Below, one piece after another: positions 46,698 through 55,981 of a stretch of 64,000 nucleotides of DNA. The position numbers and the translations under genes were made by a program. The notes under the pieces are model-generated. The model was not told the origin of the DNA. It worked only from the letters and a program-made list of their open reading frames with translations, and searched no databases. Location: the NCBI GenBank assembly GCA_963718195.1, contig CAVQYQ010000004.1, positions 94,048 through 158,047 on the forward strand. Direction: 5' to 3'. Numbering within the stretch: position 1 is the first letter of the stretch; the number at the start of each line of letters is the position of its first letter. This stretch comes from an uncultured delta proteobacterium. Its GTDB lineage: Bacteria; Desulfobacterota; Desulfobulbia; Desulfobulbales; Desulfocapsaceae.

Positions 46698-47934
46698 CGG
46701 CGAGCTGCCAACGATAGCCGGAATCTGTATCTTCTACCATGATGCCGGCACGACTCAGGGCATCACGCAGGGCATCGCCTAATTCAAATTGTTGTGCGTC
46801 TCTCAGCTGCTGGCGGGTTGCAAGAAGGCTGTCGACAATTGGACCGATCGCCTTTGCCAGTGCAGATCTGGTCAGTGCAGTCCTGGTTCCGAGTTCCGCC
46901 AGCTGTTCCCGAAAGAGATCCCTGGCCTGGGAAATTAACTCCGGGTTCTCCCTGTTTCCCTCTGCCTGCCAGAGGATACGGTCCAATTCCAATAGTCCAT
47001 TAGCGGATTGTCTGAGATCATCAGTAGCAATGGCCTGCTGAAAATCCTCTTTAAGATCATGCACCGCGCACCAGAAATCCGATTCATCGTCTTGCTGAGC
47101 TGCAACCTTTAAACCGGAGGCTGACTCAACTGCAGCCGCAACGAGGCCCCCGCCCTCTCCCTGCAAGAGTTCGATGGGGTATGTTTTGTTGCAGACAAAA
47201 TAATGGGTATTACCACAGTGTTGCAACACCGCCCTGCCAATACCATAAATCTGAAAAGAGTTGCTGGAAAAATCAATGATACAGGCGGTATGTTCATCGA
47301 GGCCAAGCACCGGTACGGGTTCTTCCAGCATTGATACGAGTTCATCAAACCGGGAACTACCCATAAAGCAGCGGCTGGTATCATGGGTTCCGCCTTCGGC
47401 ATTATTCCAATGGGGGATTACGATGATTTGCAAACCGAATGGACCGAGAATATCGAGACCTGCAACCCAGTGCAGCGGCTGACCGACTTTATATATTTCA
47501 TATACCGGAAGTGTAAAACGGCCGGCAGTCAGTGCAGCGGCGCTTGCCGCCACGAGACAGCCACCTTTTCGAATATGGTTGATAAAAATCTCCGGAATCC
47601 GGGATTTGGAGAGTTGTTCGACTGCATAGGTGGGACTACCTGGTCCCATCAGAATATAGTCAGCGCCTCGTAATTTATGATAGGCCTCGGCAGCATCAAC
47701 CTCAGAAATCGTTTCAGACGATTTATACGAAGCGATGTCCAAACGGCATCCCACCCGCTTGCGAAAATATTCAATCGCAGTTGCGCCGATCTGCTCCGCA
47801 TTAAGCTGAAACCCGGCTGGAGTGTCGAGAAAAAGTGCAGATCTGTCGGCGGGGAATTGAGAGAGAAGCATTTTGTGGACCTCAACCATAGTGGCTGTAA
47901 GCTCACCTGATCCCATGAGTGCAAGTGTACCCAT
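46663..47934 (-). CDS. Peptidase-S51-like domain fused to a cysteinyl-tRNA-synthetase-type C-terminal (DALR/anticodon-binding-like) domain
   Basis: The N-terminus is LALMGSGE...ILMGPGSP...VAASAAAL (S51/cyanophycinase-like fold with a degenerate Ser motif). The C-terminus is FQQAIATDDLRQSANGLLELDRIL...LLATRQQLRDAQQFELGDALRDALSRAGIMVEDTDSGYRWQL. It follows the CysRS C-terminal pattern F..A..DDFNT..A...LFEL.R......R...R..K.F..AD.IRD.L...GI.LEDT..G..W. Confidence 0.55.
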   Translation of the reverse strand: MGTLALMGSGELTATMVEVHKMLLSQFPADRSALFLDTPAGFQLNAEQIGATAIEYFRKRVGCRLDIASYKSSETISEVDAAEAYHKLRGADYILMGPGSPTYAVEQLSKSRIPEIFINHIRKGGCLVAASAAALTAGRFTLPVYEIYKVGQPLHWVAGLDILGPFGLQIIVIPHWNNAEGGTHDTSRCFMGSSRFDELVSMLEEPVPVLGLDEHTACIIDFSSNSFQIYGIGRAVLQHCGNTHYFVCNKTYPIELLQGEGGGLVAAAVESASGLKVAAQQDDESDFWCAVHDLKEDFQQAIATDDLRQSANGLLELDRILWQAEGNRENPELISQARDLFREQLAELGTRTALTRSALAKAIGPIVDSLLATRQQLRDAQQFELGDALRDALSRAGIMVEDTDSGYRWQLADGKEEDNDQSS

Positions 47935-48022
47935 AACCTGTCGCGTCCTCTAGAGCTGCAGTTTCTGTAAATGTCGTAATGTGGTTTTAAGCAGGATGGT
48001 AAGTAAATCATTACCATTTTCT

Positions 48023-48751
48023 TTACAGTAGGTCAATTTGCGGGGAAGGCAACTTCTCATTTGAAATTACTGCACCTGCAGCATAGGAGTGGACATTTCC
48101 CTGATCATAGAGCACGACTCTTCCACCGCCATACACTGTCCATCCACCATAAACCGCATCGTTGATGATGCCGGTTTCCTCGTCAATGCCGAGTATACTG
48201 AACCCCGGCAGCAGGTGGAGTAATCTTTTGACCCAGGCAATACCAACACTATTGTGATGTGGGATGAGGCAAATCCCCGCCATGAGATTAAGTCCGGCCA
48301 CGACCGTTTGAGAAGAAGGGTCGTAAAATGTTTCGCACAGCACCATTGCTCCAGCACTGCTACCGCCAATCACCCCACCAGTCTGGTACACAGAGCAGAT
48401 ACTCTCCCAGCTATGTGTTCCCCTCAACGTCTCTGCCAGGTGAAAAGGAAAACCGCCGAGCAAAAAAACAAGGCGCGAACACCTCAACTGCATGCTTAAT
48501 TCTTGGTCATCTGCTGAATCCCGATCGATCACTGGCCTGCATACCACGTTGCGTGCACCAATCCCGCGGAACCATTGGACACCGTTTTGGCCGGCACGAT
48601 GATGGTTGTTATCAGGCGCCGCTGCCGCAGGGATAATATCGACTGCAACATGCTCGCCACCGGCAAGAACCAACGCCCTGCTGTCAGCATCAATCATACG
48701 ACCGCTAAACTCAGCCCCACCTTCCAATAGTAGATAGCCCATGCAATGCAC
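48023..48751 (-). CDS. Peptidase S51 family protein (cyanophycinase / dipeptidase E-like)
   Basis: LLLEGGAEF, LVFLLGG and the canonical nucleophile motif GGSSAGAMV. Confidence 0.7.
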   Translation of the reverse strand: MHCMGYLLLEGGAEFSGRMIDADSRALVLAGGEHVAVDIIPAAAAPDNNHHRAGQNGVQWFRGIGARNVVCRPVIDRDSADDQELSMQLRCSRLVFLLGGFPFHLAETLRGTHSWESICSVYQTGGVIGGSSAGAMVLCETFYDPSSQTVVAGLNLMAGICLIPHHNSVGIAWVKRLLHLLPGFSILGIDEETGIINDAVYGGWTVYGGGRVVLYDQGNVHSYAAGAVISNEKLPSPQIDLL

Positions 48752-49021
48752 CCCAGCATATTGTTGGAGCAGCCCCTGGAAGAATCCTCTTGATGTAAAC
48801 CAGGAGATAATTATACAAGTAGTAGCATATCTATCTTGAAATTTCAGGAAGAAACCATCCTCAATCTGTTATCTCAGCCCACCTGCTTCCCCCTGTCGGA
48901 ACTGGTACGCTCAACAATAGACCTTTTACCTAAAGTAGGTTATTCTGCTCTTTTAGTGCAATTCACAAAGTTGAAGCTCATACCAGAAAGATCATGAAAA
49001 CTATAAATACGGGAGCGCACT

Positions 49022-49749
49022 ATGACCAAACGAATCGTCATCTATGGTGGCTCAGGGGGGATCGGCTCGGCAACAGCGAGGCTTCTGCGGGCAGATGGGC
49101 ATGAACTCCATTTGGCCGGAAGGTCTGAGGATAAACTTGCAACACTCTCATCAGAACTCAAAGCCGGGTATACCGTGGGCGATGTGTGCGATGCAGGCCT
49201 CTTCACTCAGGTGGTCAATGATTTTCCCGGTCCATGGGATGGTCTTGTCTACAGTGTTGGCACCATTAATCTTGGCAGTATAAGGCGACTTTCCGACACC
49301 GATTTCCTCCACGATTTTCAGTAAATGCAATGGGAGCGGCCCTCGCTATACAGTCCGGCCTGCCAGCGCTAAAAAAGAGCAATGGTGTCCCCTCGATCGT
49401 TCTGTTTTCCAGTGTCGCATCACTCCAGGGCTTCACCTTCCATGGTTCCATGGGAATGGCAAAAGGGGCGGTCAATGGGTTGACGCTTGCGCTTGCTGCA
49501 GAGCTGGCACCAAACGTTCGGGTCAATGCTATTGCCCCATCGTTAACCAGGACCCCCCTTGCTCAATCAATATTGGCAAACGACAAGGTTGCCCAGGCTG
49601 TCACGGATCTTCATGCCTTAAAAAAACTGGGCACCAGTGACGATATAGCCAATCTTGTGGTGTACCTGCTCTCGGATCAGGCGGGCTGGGTCACCGGGCA
49701 AATCATCAGTGTTGACGGGGGTCGTTCAACTCTGAGACCACAGGGCTAA
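49022..49749 (+). pseudogene. Short-chain dehydrogenase/reductase split by a 1-nt frameshift at about 49315..49330
   Basis: ORF 1 has GGSGGIGSA and ends ...DFLHDFQ*. ORF 2, in another frame, continues MGAALAIQ...SSVAS...GSMGMAKGAVNGL...NAIAPS. Adding one T to the T4 run at 49315..49318 gives DFLHDFSVNAMGAALAIQ, the usual SDR ..vN..g.. segment. Confidence 0.8.
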
Positions 49750-49861
49750 ACGAAACAGAGACAATAATCAAATAGAACGCCTGAGCTGAAATACAGAGGA
49801 TTTCAGCTGAATCTTTGCGAATATCAGGTAGTTTATTTCTTTGCAAAACAGGAGGAGATGT

Positions 49862-51424
49862 ATGGATGTTGTAATGTTGTCCCGATTGCAGTTTGCCTTT
49901 ACAATCATGTTTCATTACATATTTCCACCCCTGACCATTGGTCTCGGGGTGATTATTGCCTATCTTGAGACCAGATACTATCTCACGAGAAAGCCGGTCT
50001 TCGCTATCGCCACCCAATTCTGGACCAAAATCTTTGTCTTAAACTTCGCCATAGGAGTCTCCAGCGGCATCGTCATGGAGTTCCAGTTCGGCACCAACTG
50101 GGCGACCTATTCCCGTTTTGTCGGTGATGTTTTCGGTAGCGCTCTTGCTGCAGAAGGTATATTTGCATTTTTCCTTGAATCCGGCTTCCTGGCAATTGTC
50201 GCATTCGGTAGAGAAAAGGTAAGTGCTGGTCTCTATCTTTTCAGCATGTATATGGTGGCCCTGGGCTCAATCTTTTCCTCCATATGGATTGTGGTCGCCA
50301 ACAGCTGGCAGCAGACACCGGCCGGACACCACATCGTCGATATACTCCGACCAGACTCCTCAGCAGGCGGCTCCGGCGAAATGATTCCCTGGGTCGTCGA
50401 TGGAGTCGTTCAGCGAAGGGCGGAAATCGTAGATTTCCTGGCCATGGTCTTCAACCCGTCAACGGTGCAGCGCCTGAGCCATGTCCTTCTGGGCTGTGCA
50501 GCCGTTGGCGGCTTTTTCGTACTGAGTATTTCCGCCTACTATATACTGAAAGACAAGCATCATGAGTTTGCCCGCCATTCTTTTAATGGGGCACTCCTTT
50601 TCAGCCTTGCAGCCTCACTTGGCCTTGCCATTAATGGTCACACCCAGGCCCAAGATGTTTATAGAAATCAACCGGCAAAACTCGCAGCCTTTGAAGGCCA
50701 TTATACAACCGGCCGCGCCGATTTAAATCTGGTCGGCTGGCCAAATGAACGCGAAGAGCGTATCGATTATGAGTTGAGTCTTCCCGGCGGTCTCAGCTTT
50801 ATGGTCTTTGATGATTTTACCTTCAGCAAACCCGTAGTCGGGCTTGACCGATTCAAACCAGAAGACCGGCCTCCCCTGCTGATTCCATTTTTTTCCTGGC
50901 GCCTGATGGTTGGCTTTGGCGGCCTAATGATTGTCCTCTGCACGGCTGGCCTCGTCTTCAATCTTAAAAAACAACTCGCCCAGAAACGTCCGCTCCTCTG
51001 GTCCTTTGTGTTTGCCATCGGCTTTGTCATGGTCGCAAACCAGAGCGGCTGGATAGCGGCCGAAGTTGGCCGACAGCCATGGACAGTCCATCCGCCGGTT
51101 ATCTGGAATGAGAGTGGCACCGATTTAGTCACCGCCGCCGATGGGTTGTATCAGTATGACGAAAGTCTTGGTTTACGAACAAGCAACTCATTCAGTGCGG
51201 CTGTCAGCGTTGAAGAGGCCAGGACGTCACTCATCCTTTTTGCTATTCTCTACGCTGCCCTGACAGCGGTTTGGATCATCGTGCTCGACAGAAAAATACG
51301 CATCGGTCCGGAACCTCTGCCGGCAGCTGCAGCTTCCGGGGGGACAGGTGTGGTGCAGGCGGCAACCGACAGGCAGCATGCCCGGTTGAGTGACAAAGAA
51401 AAAGACCAAGGAGGTGCATCGTGA
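49862..51424 (+). CDS. cydA: Cytochrome bd-type quinol oxidase subunit I
   Basis: [24 protein letters not shown]-terminus and [12 protein letters not shown]. The start is set at the ATG at 49862, preceded by AGGAGG; the track starts at a TTG at 49841. Confidence 0.9.
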   Translation: MDVVMLSRLQFAFTIMFHYIFPPLTIGLGVIIAYLETRYYLTRKPVFAIATQFWTKIFVLNFAIGVSSGIVMEFQFGTNWATYSRFVGDVFGSALAAEGIFAFFLESGFLAIVAFGREKVSAGLYLFSMYMVALGSIFSSIWIVVANSWQQTPAGHHIVDILRPDSSAGGSGEMIPWVVDGVVQRRAEIVDFLAMVFNPSTVQRLSHVLLGCAAVGGFFVLSISAYYILKDKHHEFARHSFNGALLFSLAASLGLAINGHTQAQDVYRNQPAKLAAFEGHYTTGRADLNLVGWPNEREERIDYELSLPGGLSFMVFDDFTFSKPVVGLDRFKPEDRPPLLIPFFSWRLMVGFGGLMIVLCTAGLVFNLKKQLAQKRPLLWSFVFAIGFVMVANQSGWIAAEVGRQPWTVHPPVIWNESGTDLVTAADGLYQYDESLGLRTSNSFSAAVSVEEARTSLILFAILYAALTAVWIIVLDRKIRIGPEPLPAAAASGGTGVVQAATDRQHARLSDKEKDQGGAS

Positions 51425-52449
51425 GTTCTGAAATCCTCTGCATTGTCTGGTTTGTAATACTGAATATTCTGCTCATCGGCTATGCAATACTCGATGGCTT
51501 TGATCTCGGAGTCGGCATCCTGCATCCCTTTGTTGCAAAAACCGACCGGGAAAGACGACTGGTCATGAACAGTATCGGGCCGCTCTGGGATGGCAACGAA
51601 GTGTGGCTTGTGACGTTTGGCGGGGCATTGTTCGCCATGTTCCCGAATGGTTACGCCTCGATTTTCAGTGCATTTTATCTCCCCTTTGTCCTGCTTCTTT
51701 TCGCCCTCATTTTTCGGGCAGTATCTCTGGAATTCCGTTCAAAACGAACGAACACCTTCTGGCGCAACTTCTGGGACCTGCTCTTTTTCATCGGATCCAC
51801 CATGGCGACATTCCTGTTTGGCGTAGCGGTTGGTGCAACTATGCAGGGATTGGAACTCTCCGAGCTGGGAGACTATCAGGGGACCATGCTTGATCTTCTT
51901 TCTGGTTTCAGTGTGAGTGTGGGGTTGTTTAGCGTGGCACTTTTTGCCATGCACGGGGCCATTTATCTGTATTTAAAAACTGAAGGGGAATTGCAGCAAC
52001 GTCTTTTCACCTGGATGAAAGGAACCTATTATCTCTATCTCGCGCTCTTTATTATCGTTACCCTGTGGTCGGTTTTTCTGGTGCCTGCATCATTGCAGCA
52101 TTTTGGTGACTATCCACTCCTTTGGCTGGTGCCTCTAATCAATGTTCTGGCAATCGCCAATATTCCCAGGGCAATAGCCAGAAAAAAACCTCTTTATGCC
52201 TTTTTTAACAGTTGCTTTACTATTGCAGCGCTGGTTTTCCTGTTCAGTGCCGCTATTTTTCCTGATCTTTTACCTGCATCAAACAATTCAGCATTTTCCA
52301 TTACAATATTCAACGCTGCATCCAGCATGCTGACCCAGAAGATCGGACTCGTTATCGTAGCACTTGGAATGCCGATGGTTCTATCCTATACCATTCTGAT
52401 ATACTGGACATTCCGGGGGAAAGTTGAATTGGGTGAGGGCAGCTATTAA
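51421..52449 (+). CDS. cydB: Cytochrome bd-type quinol oxidase subunit II
   Basis: 342-aa polytopic protein with a GTG start overlapping the cydA stop by 4 nt, and a typical CydB N-terminus (LDGFDLGVGIL...GPLWDGNEVWL). Confidence 0.9.
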   Translation: MSSEILCIVWFVILNILLIGYAILDGFDLGVGILHPFVAKTDRERRLVMNSIGPLWDGNEVWLVTFGGALFAMFPNGYASIFSAFYLPFVLLLFALIFRAVSLEFRSKRTNTFWRNFWDLLFFIGSTMATFLFGVAVGATMQGLELSELGDYQGTMLDLLSGFSVSVGLFSVALFAMHGAIYLYLKTEGELQQRLFTWMKGTYYLYLALFIIVTLWSVFLVPASLQHFGDYPLLWLVPLINVLAIANIPRAIARKKPLYAFFNSCFTIAALVFLFSAAIFPDLLPASNNSAFSITIFNAASSMLTQKIGLVIVALGMPMVLSYTILIYWTFRGKVELGEGSY

Positions 52450-52597
52450 AACAACACTATGATTATACCTTTTTGATAAGAGCTCGGTCACAACCCAACC
52501 GACGACAAAGGTAACAAGATGCAACGATACCAGGCTACCGGTTTCAAGGAATTTACCGGCAAAGAACAGGGCAGCAGCAGAGTGGACTCACCTCTTG

Positions 52598-53197
52598 CTA
52601 GTTGAACACTTTTATCCAGTCAACCTCAATCCTAAATGGACCGGACTGCCCATCCGCTATCAGAAATCCGATCTGCTGAATAGTTTCGGGTAACAGTGGC
52701 GCGGCATCATTGACGATTCGCCCCCTGAAAACCGGCTCGAAATCGGTGAACAGAGCCTTTATACTTTGTGTTTCCCCTGACTGTGTTTTAAATCGGTATC
52801 GATAAGATATGCCGTCAAAGCGATCATCAGTTCGTAGACGAAGCTGGTAGTCTTTACCATCACCTCGGATCTGCAGAATTAATCCGGAATACGCTGCAAG
52901 TTTGTAGGGCCGGGGAGTAGTTCTTGTTGAGGCAAAACCGCCATTATTTTCCAGTGAAACTGTTCCCTGAAAAATGGCTGTTCCACCTTCGGTAAAGATA
53001 ATCTCGCTGCGTGAAATTCCCCCCATAACTCCATCGTTAACTATGTACCAAGATTCTCTATCTTCAGCACGACTGAAATCAAGTACCATATGTTCCTTTT
53101 GTTCCATCTTGTCAGTGGCTCCTGCACTCCTCAAAACCGGTGTGAAACAGAGAGTGAGAGTAATCAAAAGAGTTGTTATGTTAGAGTAAGTTACCAT
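52598..53197 (-). CDS. CIA30-domain (complex I intermediate-associated protein 30-like) secreted protein
   Basis: Signal peptide, then VNDGVMGGISRS...LENNGGFASTRT, typical of the CIA30 family. Confidence 0.75.
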   Translation of the reverse strand: MVTYSNITTLLITLTLCFTPVLRSAGATDKMEQKEHMVLDFSRAEDRESWYIVNDGVMGGISRSEIIFTEGGTAIFQGTVSLENNGGFASTRTTPRPYKLAAYSGLILQIRGDGKDYQLRLRTDDRFDGISYRYRFKTQSGETQSIKALFTDFEPVFRGRIVNDAAPLLPETIQQIGFLIADGQSGPFRIEVDWIKVFN

Positions 53198-53510
53198 CTG
53201 AGTATCACTTTCTTTTAGAAATCAGGGGTTAAATAGCCTTCAAGCATCCTCTGGTTTTCAATCTCAGAAACAATAAGTATGAACAATTGCAATTTCTTGT
53301 TTAATTTCAGGCAACACCGGTTCCCATCGGCCCAGAATTGATCGACAGCCTGAAATTTAGTATGATAACGGTATCTTTGAAACTTATTCATTGACAAGCA
53401 AGCGCAATTCCCATACCAGAATACGTAAGAGATGCTTGGTTAAATCACAGAGAAAGAAGTGGCATTTTTATGGTAAAATTGTTAAACAAAACTCCCACAT
53501 TTCCCATAGT

Positions 53511-53587
53511 GGTCCCGTAGCTCAGTAGGATAGAGCACGAGATTCCTAATCTCGGTGTCGCAGGTTCGAATCCTGCCGGGATCACCA
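53511..53587 (+). tRNA. tRNA-Arg (anticodon CCT)
   Basis: Manual cloverleaf. Acceptor GGTCCCG/CGGGATC (one G-U pair). D arm GCTC-AGTAGGATA-GAGC. Anticodon arm CGAGA-TTCCTAA-TCTCG. Variable loop GTGTC. T arm GCAGG-TTCGAAT-CCTGC. Encoded CCA. Confidence 0.9.
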
Positions 53588-53696
53588 CTTTTCTTCAACG
53601 GTCGAATAGACGCAATACTGACGCCGCATTCAAGCTCTATATAAGGGTGTGCAGAATCGGTATTTTGGAAGGACATGATCCAGAGAGTGCAACACC

Positions 53697-54095
53697 TTAA
53701 TCGGCAGCCCGTTCGATACTAAAATAACTGCCGAGAGCAAATTCAATGCTCTGCAAAGGCGTAAGATGAATCGCGGATACATATGTCAATACCAGTTCTC
53801 CTCTAGTCCGTGTCAGGCTAAGCTGAGCATCATTAAACTCTATGACATCGAATGTTCCCGATTTATATCTTTTTTCTACCAGTTGGACATTTTCCTTGGC
53901 CAGCCTCAAAGCCTGTAATGCCAAATCTACACTTTCCCGGTTCTCTTCAGCCTCATTATCATCATTGGCAAAAATGAGCGGATCATTATTATAGATTCCA
54001 ACTTTAATCAATGGAGTCGAGCTGAGGCTGCCGGGAACCAGATATTGGCTTAAAATAAGAAGAAGGACGAGTATGGATTTATTCATGGAAGCCAT
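53697..54095 (-). pseudogene. Chimeric remnant ORF: signal peptide / periplasmic-binding-like start joined to a TolC-family outer-membrane-factor C-terminal fragment
   Basis: The N-terminus is MNKSILVLLLIL...KVGIYNNDPLIF. The C-terminal 80 aa (LALQALRLAKENVQLVEKRYKSGTFDVIEFNDAQLSLTRTRGELV...) look like one TolC repeat. The ORF is far too short for either family. Confidence 0.35.
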
Positions 54096-54345
54096 AAAAG
54101 AATTCTGTTTGAATTGTACCGATTATTTTCCCTATTTGGCTCAGGAAATAAGCCCATTGCTGAAACATCTTTAGATAGTCTGGTACTATTGAGGTGGTAC
54201 TCATTCCTGTGAATCCATCACCAATACTCATATAAAAGCACAACTTTAGATCACAAATCAATGATAAGTTCAGGTGTCACAGATTTTTTTACGCGCATAG
54301 TACAATTTGCCACAAATGTCTTCTTTTACCTGCAAGAGATAATAA

Positions 54346-54594
54346 CCCGACGGGATATTCAATCCTCGCCAAATAAAAGTCATTGACCGAATACTCAAAA
54401 AAATGCCCAAAGGTTTTGACGGAGGATTGCGTGCTCAAAATTATCGAGCAATTACAAAATCTCCGGCAGCAACAGCAACTAGAGATTTACAAGATTTGGT
54501 GAGTGTAGGTATCTGTTCAAAAACCGACCAGCAAAAGTGCACTCGCTCTACATTGAGCCTTTCCCACTTCTTGGGTAGAGGTTCCCTGTCATAG
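54346..54594 (+). pseudogene. C-terminal fragment of a Fic-family paralogue
   Basis: FNPRQIKVIDRILKKMPKGFDGGLRAQNYRAITKSPAATATRDLQDLVSVGI aligns with the last 80 aa or so of 54794..55942 (LNPRQLKVITRILQEGPKYFEGGLSAKNYRAITKSPTATATRDLQDLVSKGI). A stop lies immediately upstream at 54343..54345. Confidence 0.65.
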
Positions 54595-54793
54595 AGGTTT
54601 AGAAATAGATGGATCGCAAAGCTATTACGCTAAGCTCTAAGAAGTGGTCAACCAGAAACAAAAAAGGCAAAAGACAATGCTGCTTGATCCCAAGCCCACA
54701 ACTTCTATTAATAATGTTTCATGATCTAAAAAATACGTTTTTATAGATCATAATTATGTTTATATTGATCTATAAAGGGAGGTTTTATAAATC

Positions 54794-55942
54794 ATGACAC
54801 GAATAATATGGAATTGGCAAAAAGATGATTGGGGAAATTTTTCCTATGATAACAGCGAAATCGAGAAATTAGAACGAGAATATTCAAGGCAATCCGGTTT
54901 TTCGATTGGCATTGCCAGGCACCTATCACGTGAAGACCAAAACAACTTAATAGTTGAACTTGTGTGTAATGAAGCCATTAAAACATCTGAAATTGAGGGA
55001 GAATTTTTAGACCGGGAAAGCCTGCAGTCTTCTATTAGGAGAGAATTCGGATTGAAAATTTCCGATCATCACAGGGTAAAACCAGCGGAAGCCGGAATCG
55101 CTGAAATGATGAAAGATATATTCACCAATTATAACTCACCATTGACAGAAAAGACTCTCTGCAATTGGCATGAAATGTTGATGTCCGGTAGAAGAAAAAT
55201 AGAGATAGGGAAATATCGAACCCACAAGGAGGCAATGCAGGTTGTGTCGGGGCGATATGATAAACCAAAAATCCATTTTGAAGCTCCCCCATCTGCAGAT
55301 GTTTCAAAGGAAATGGAAAAATTCATAGGCTGGTTCAACAAATCGGCCCCTGACGGGAAAGAACCGATGACGCCGTTGGTTAGGGCAGGAATTGCTCATA
55401 TCTATTTTGTTTCAATCCATCCTTTCGAGGACGGAAACGGACGGATCGGGCGGGGAATAGTTGAAAAATCATTGTCACAAAATATGGGTCAACCGACACT
55501 CATTGCGATTTCTTCAACCATTGACGACAGGAAAAGAGAATATTACGAGGAGTTAGCAGCCCAGAGTACAGGAAATGACTTGACAAACTGGCTTATCTAT
55601 TTTGGTAAGACTATTATCAGCGCCCAAAAACAGACCATAAAGCAAGTGGATTTCATAATAACCAAAGCAAAGTTTTTCGATGCCCACAAAGAGAACCTCA
55701 ATCCTCGCCAATTAAAAGTGATCACCCGGATACTGCAGGAAGGGCCGAAGTACTTTGAAGGTGGACTTAGTGCAAAAAACTACAGAGCAATTACAAAATC
55801 TCCCACGGCAACAGCGACAAGAGATTTACAAGATCTGGTAAGCAAAGGGATCTTTACAAAAACCGGTCAGCTAAAAAGCACCCGTTACGCTTTGGATCTT
55901 TCCCCCTTCCAGGCCAAACAAGATGAAGAAAACATGACCTGA
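54794..55942 (+). CDS. Fic-family protein (AMPylase-type) with an N-terminal inhibitory-helix motif and a C-terminal wHTH-like domain
   Basis: Fic motif HPFEDGNGRIGR. Upstream TSEIEG matches the [ST]xxxE[GN] auto-inhibition motif. Confidence 0.9.
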   Translation: MTRIIWNWQKDDWGNFSYDNSEIEKLEREYSRQSGFSIGIARHLSREDQNNLIVELVCNEAIKTSEIEGEFLDRESLQSSIRREFGLKISDHHRVKPAEAGIAEMMKDIFTNYNSPLTEKTLCNWHEMLMSGRRKIEIGKYRTHKEAMQVVSGRYDKPKIHFEAPPSADVSKEMEKFIGWFNKSAPDGKEPMTPLVRAGIAHIYFVSIHPFEDGNGRIGRGIVEKSLSQNMGQPTLIAISSTIDDRKREYYEELAAQSTGNDLTNWLIYFGKTIISAQKQTIKQVDFIITKAKFFDAHKENLNPRQLKVITRILQEGPKYFEGGLSAKNYRAITKSPTATATRDLQDLVSKGIFTKTGQLKSTRYALDLSPFQAKQDEENMT

Positions 55943-55981
55943 CAATTAGGTGTGTGATTCATAGACATCATTTCAATTATT

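Noticed and set aside
37853-48751. Calling the cluster a bona fide mycothiol (msh) operon and assigning mshA/mshB/mshD symbols
   Set aside because: Only the family-level resemblance is visible. MshC is absent, the GNAT is of the CelD/Fem type rather than MshD type, and extra oxidoreductases imply a different product. I therefore left the gene symbols empty, except for ino1.
53215-53397. The 60-aa ORF upstream of the tRNA
   Set aside because: It has no RBS and no family resemblance, and it lies in the promoter region of the CIA30 gene and the tRNA.
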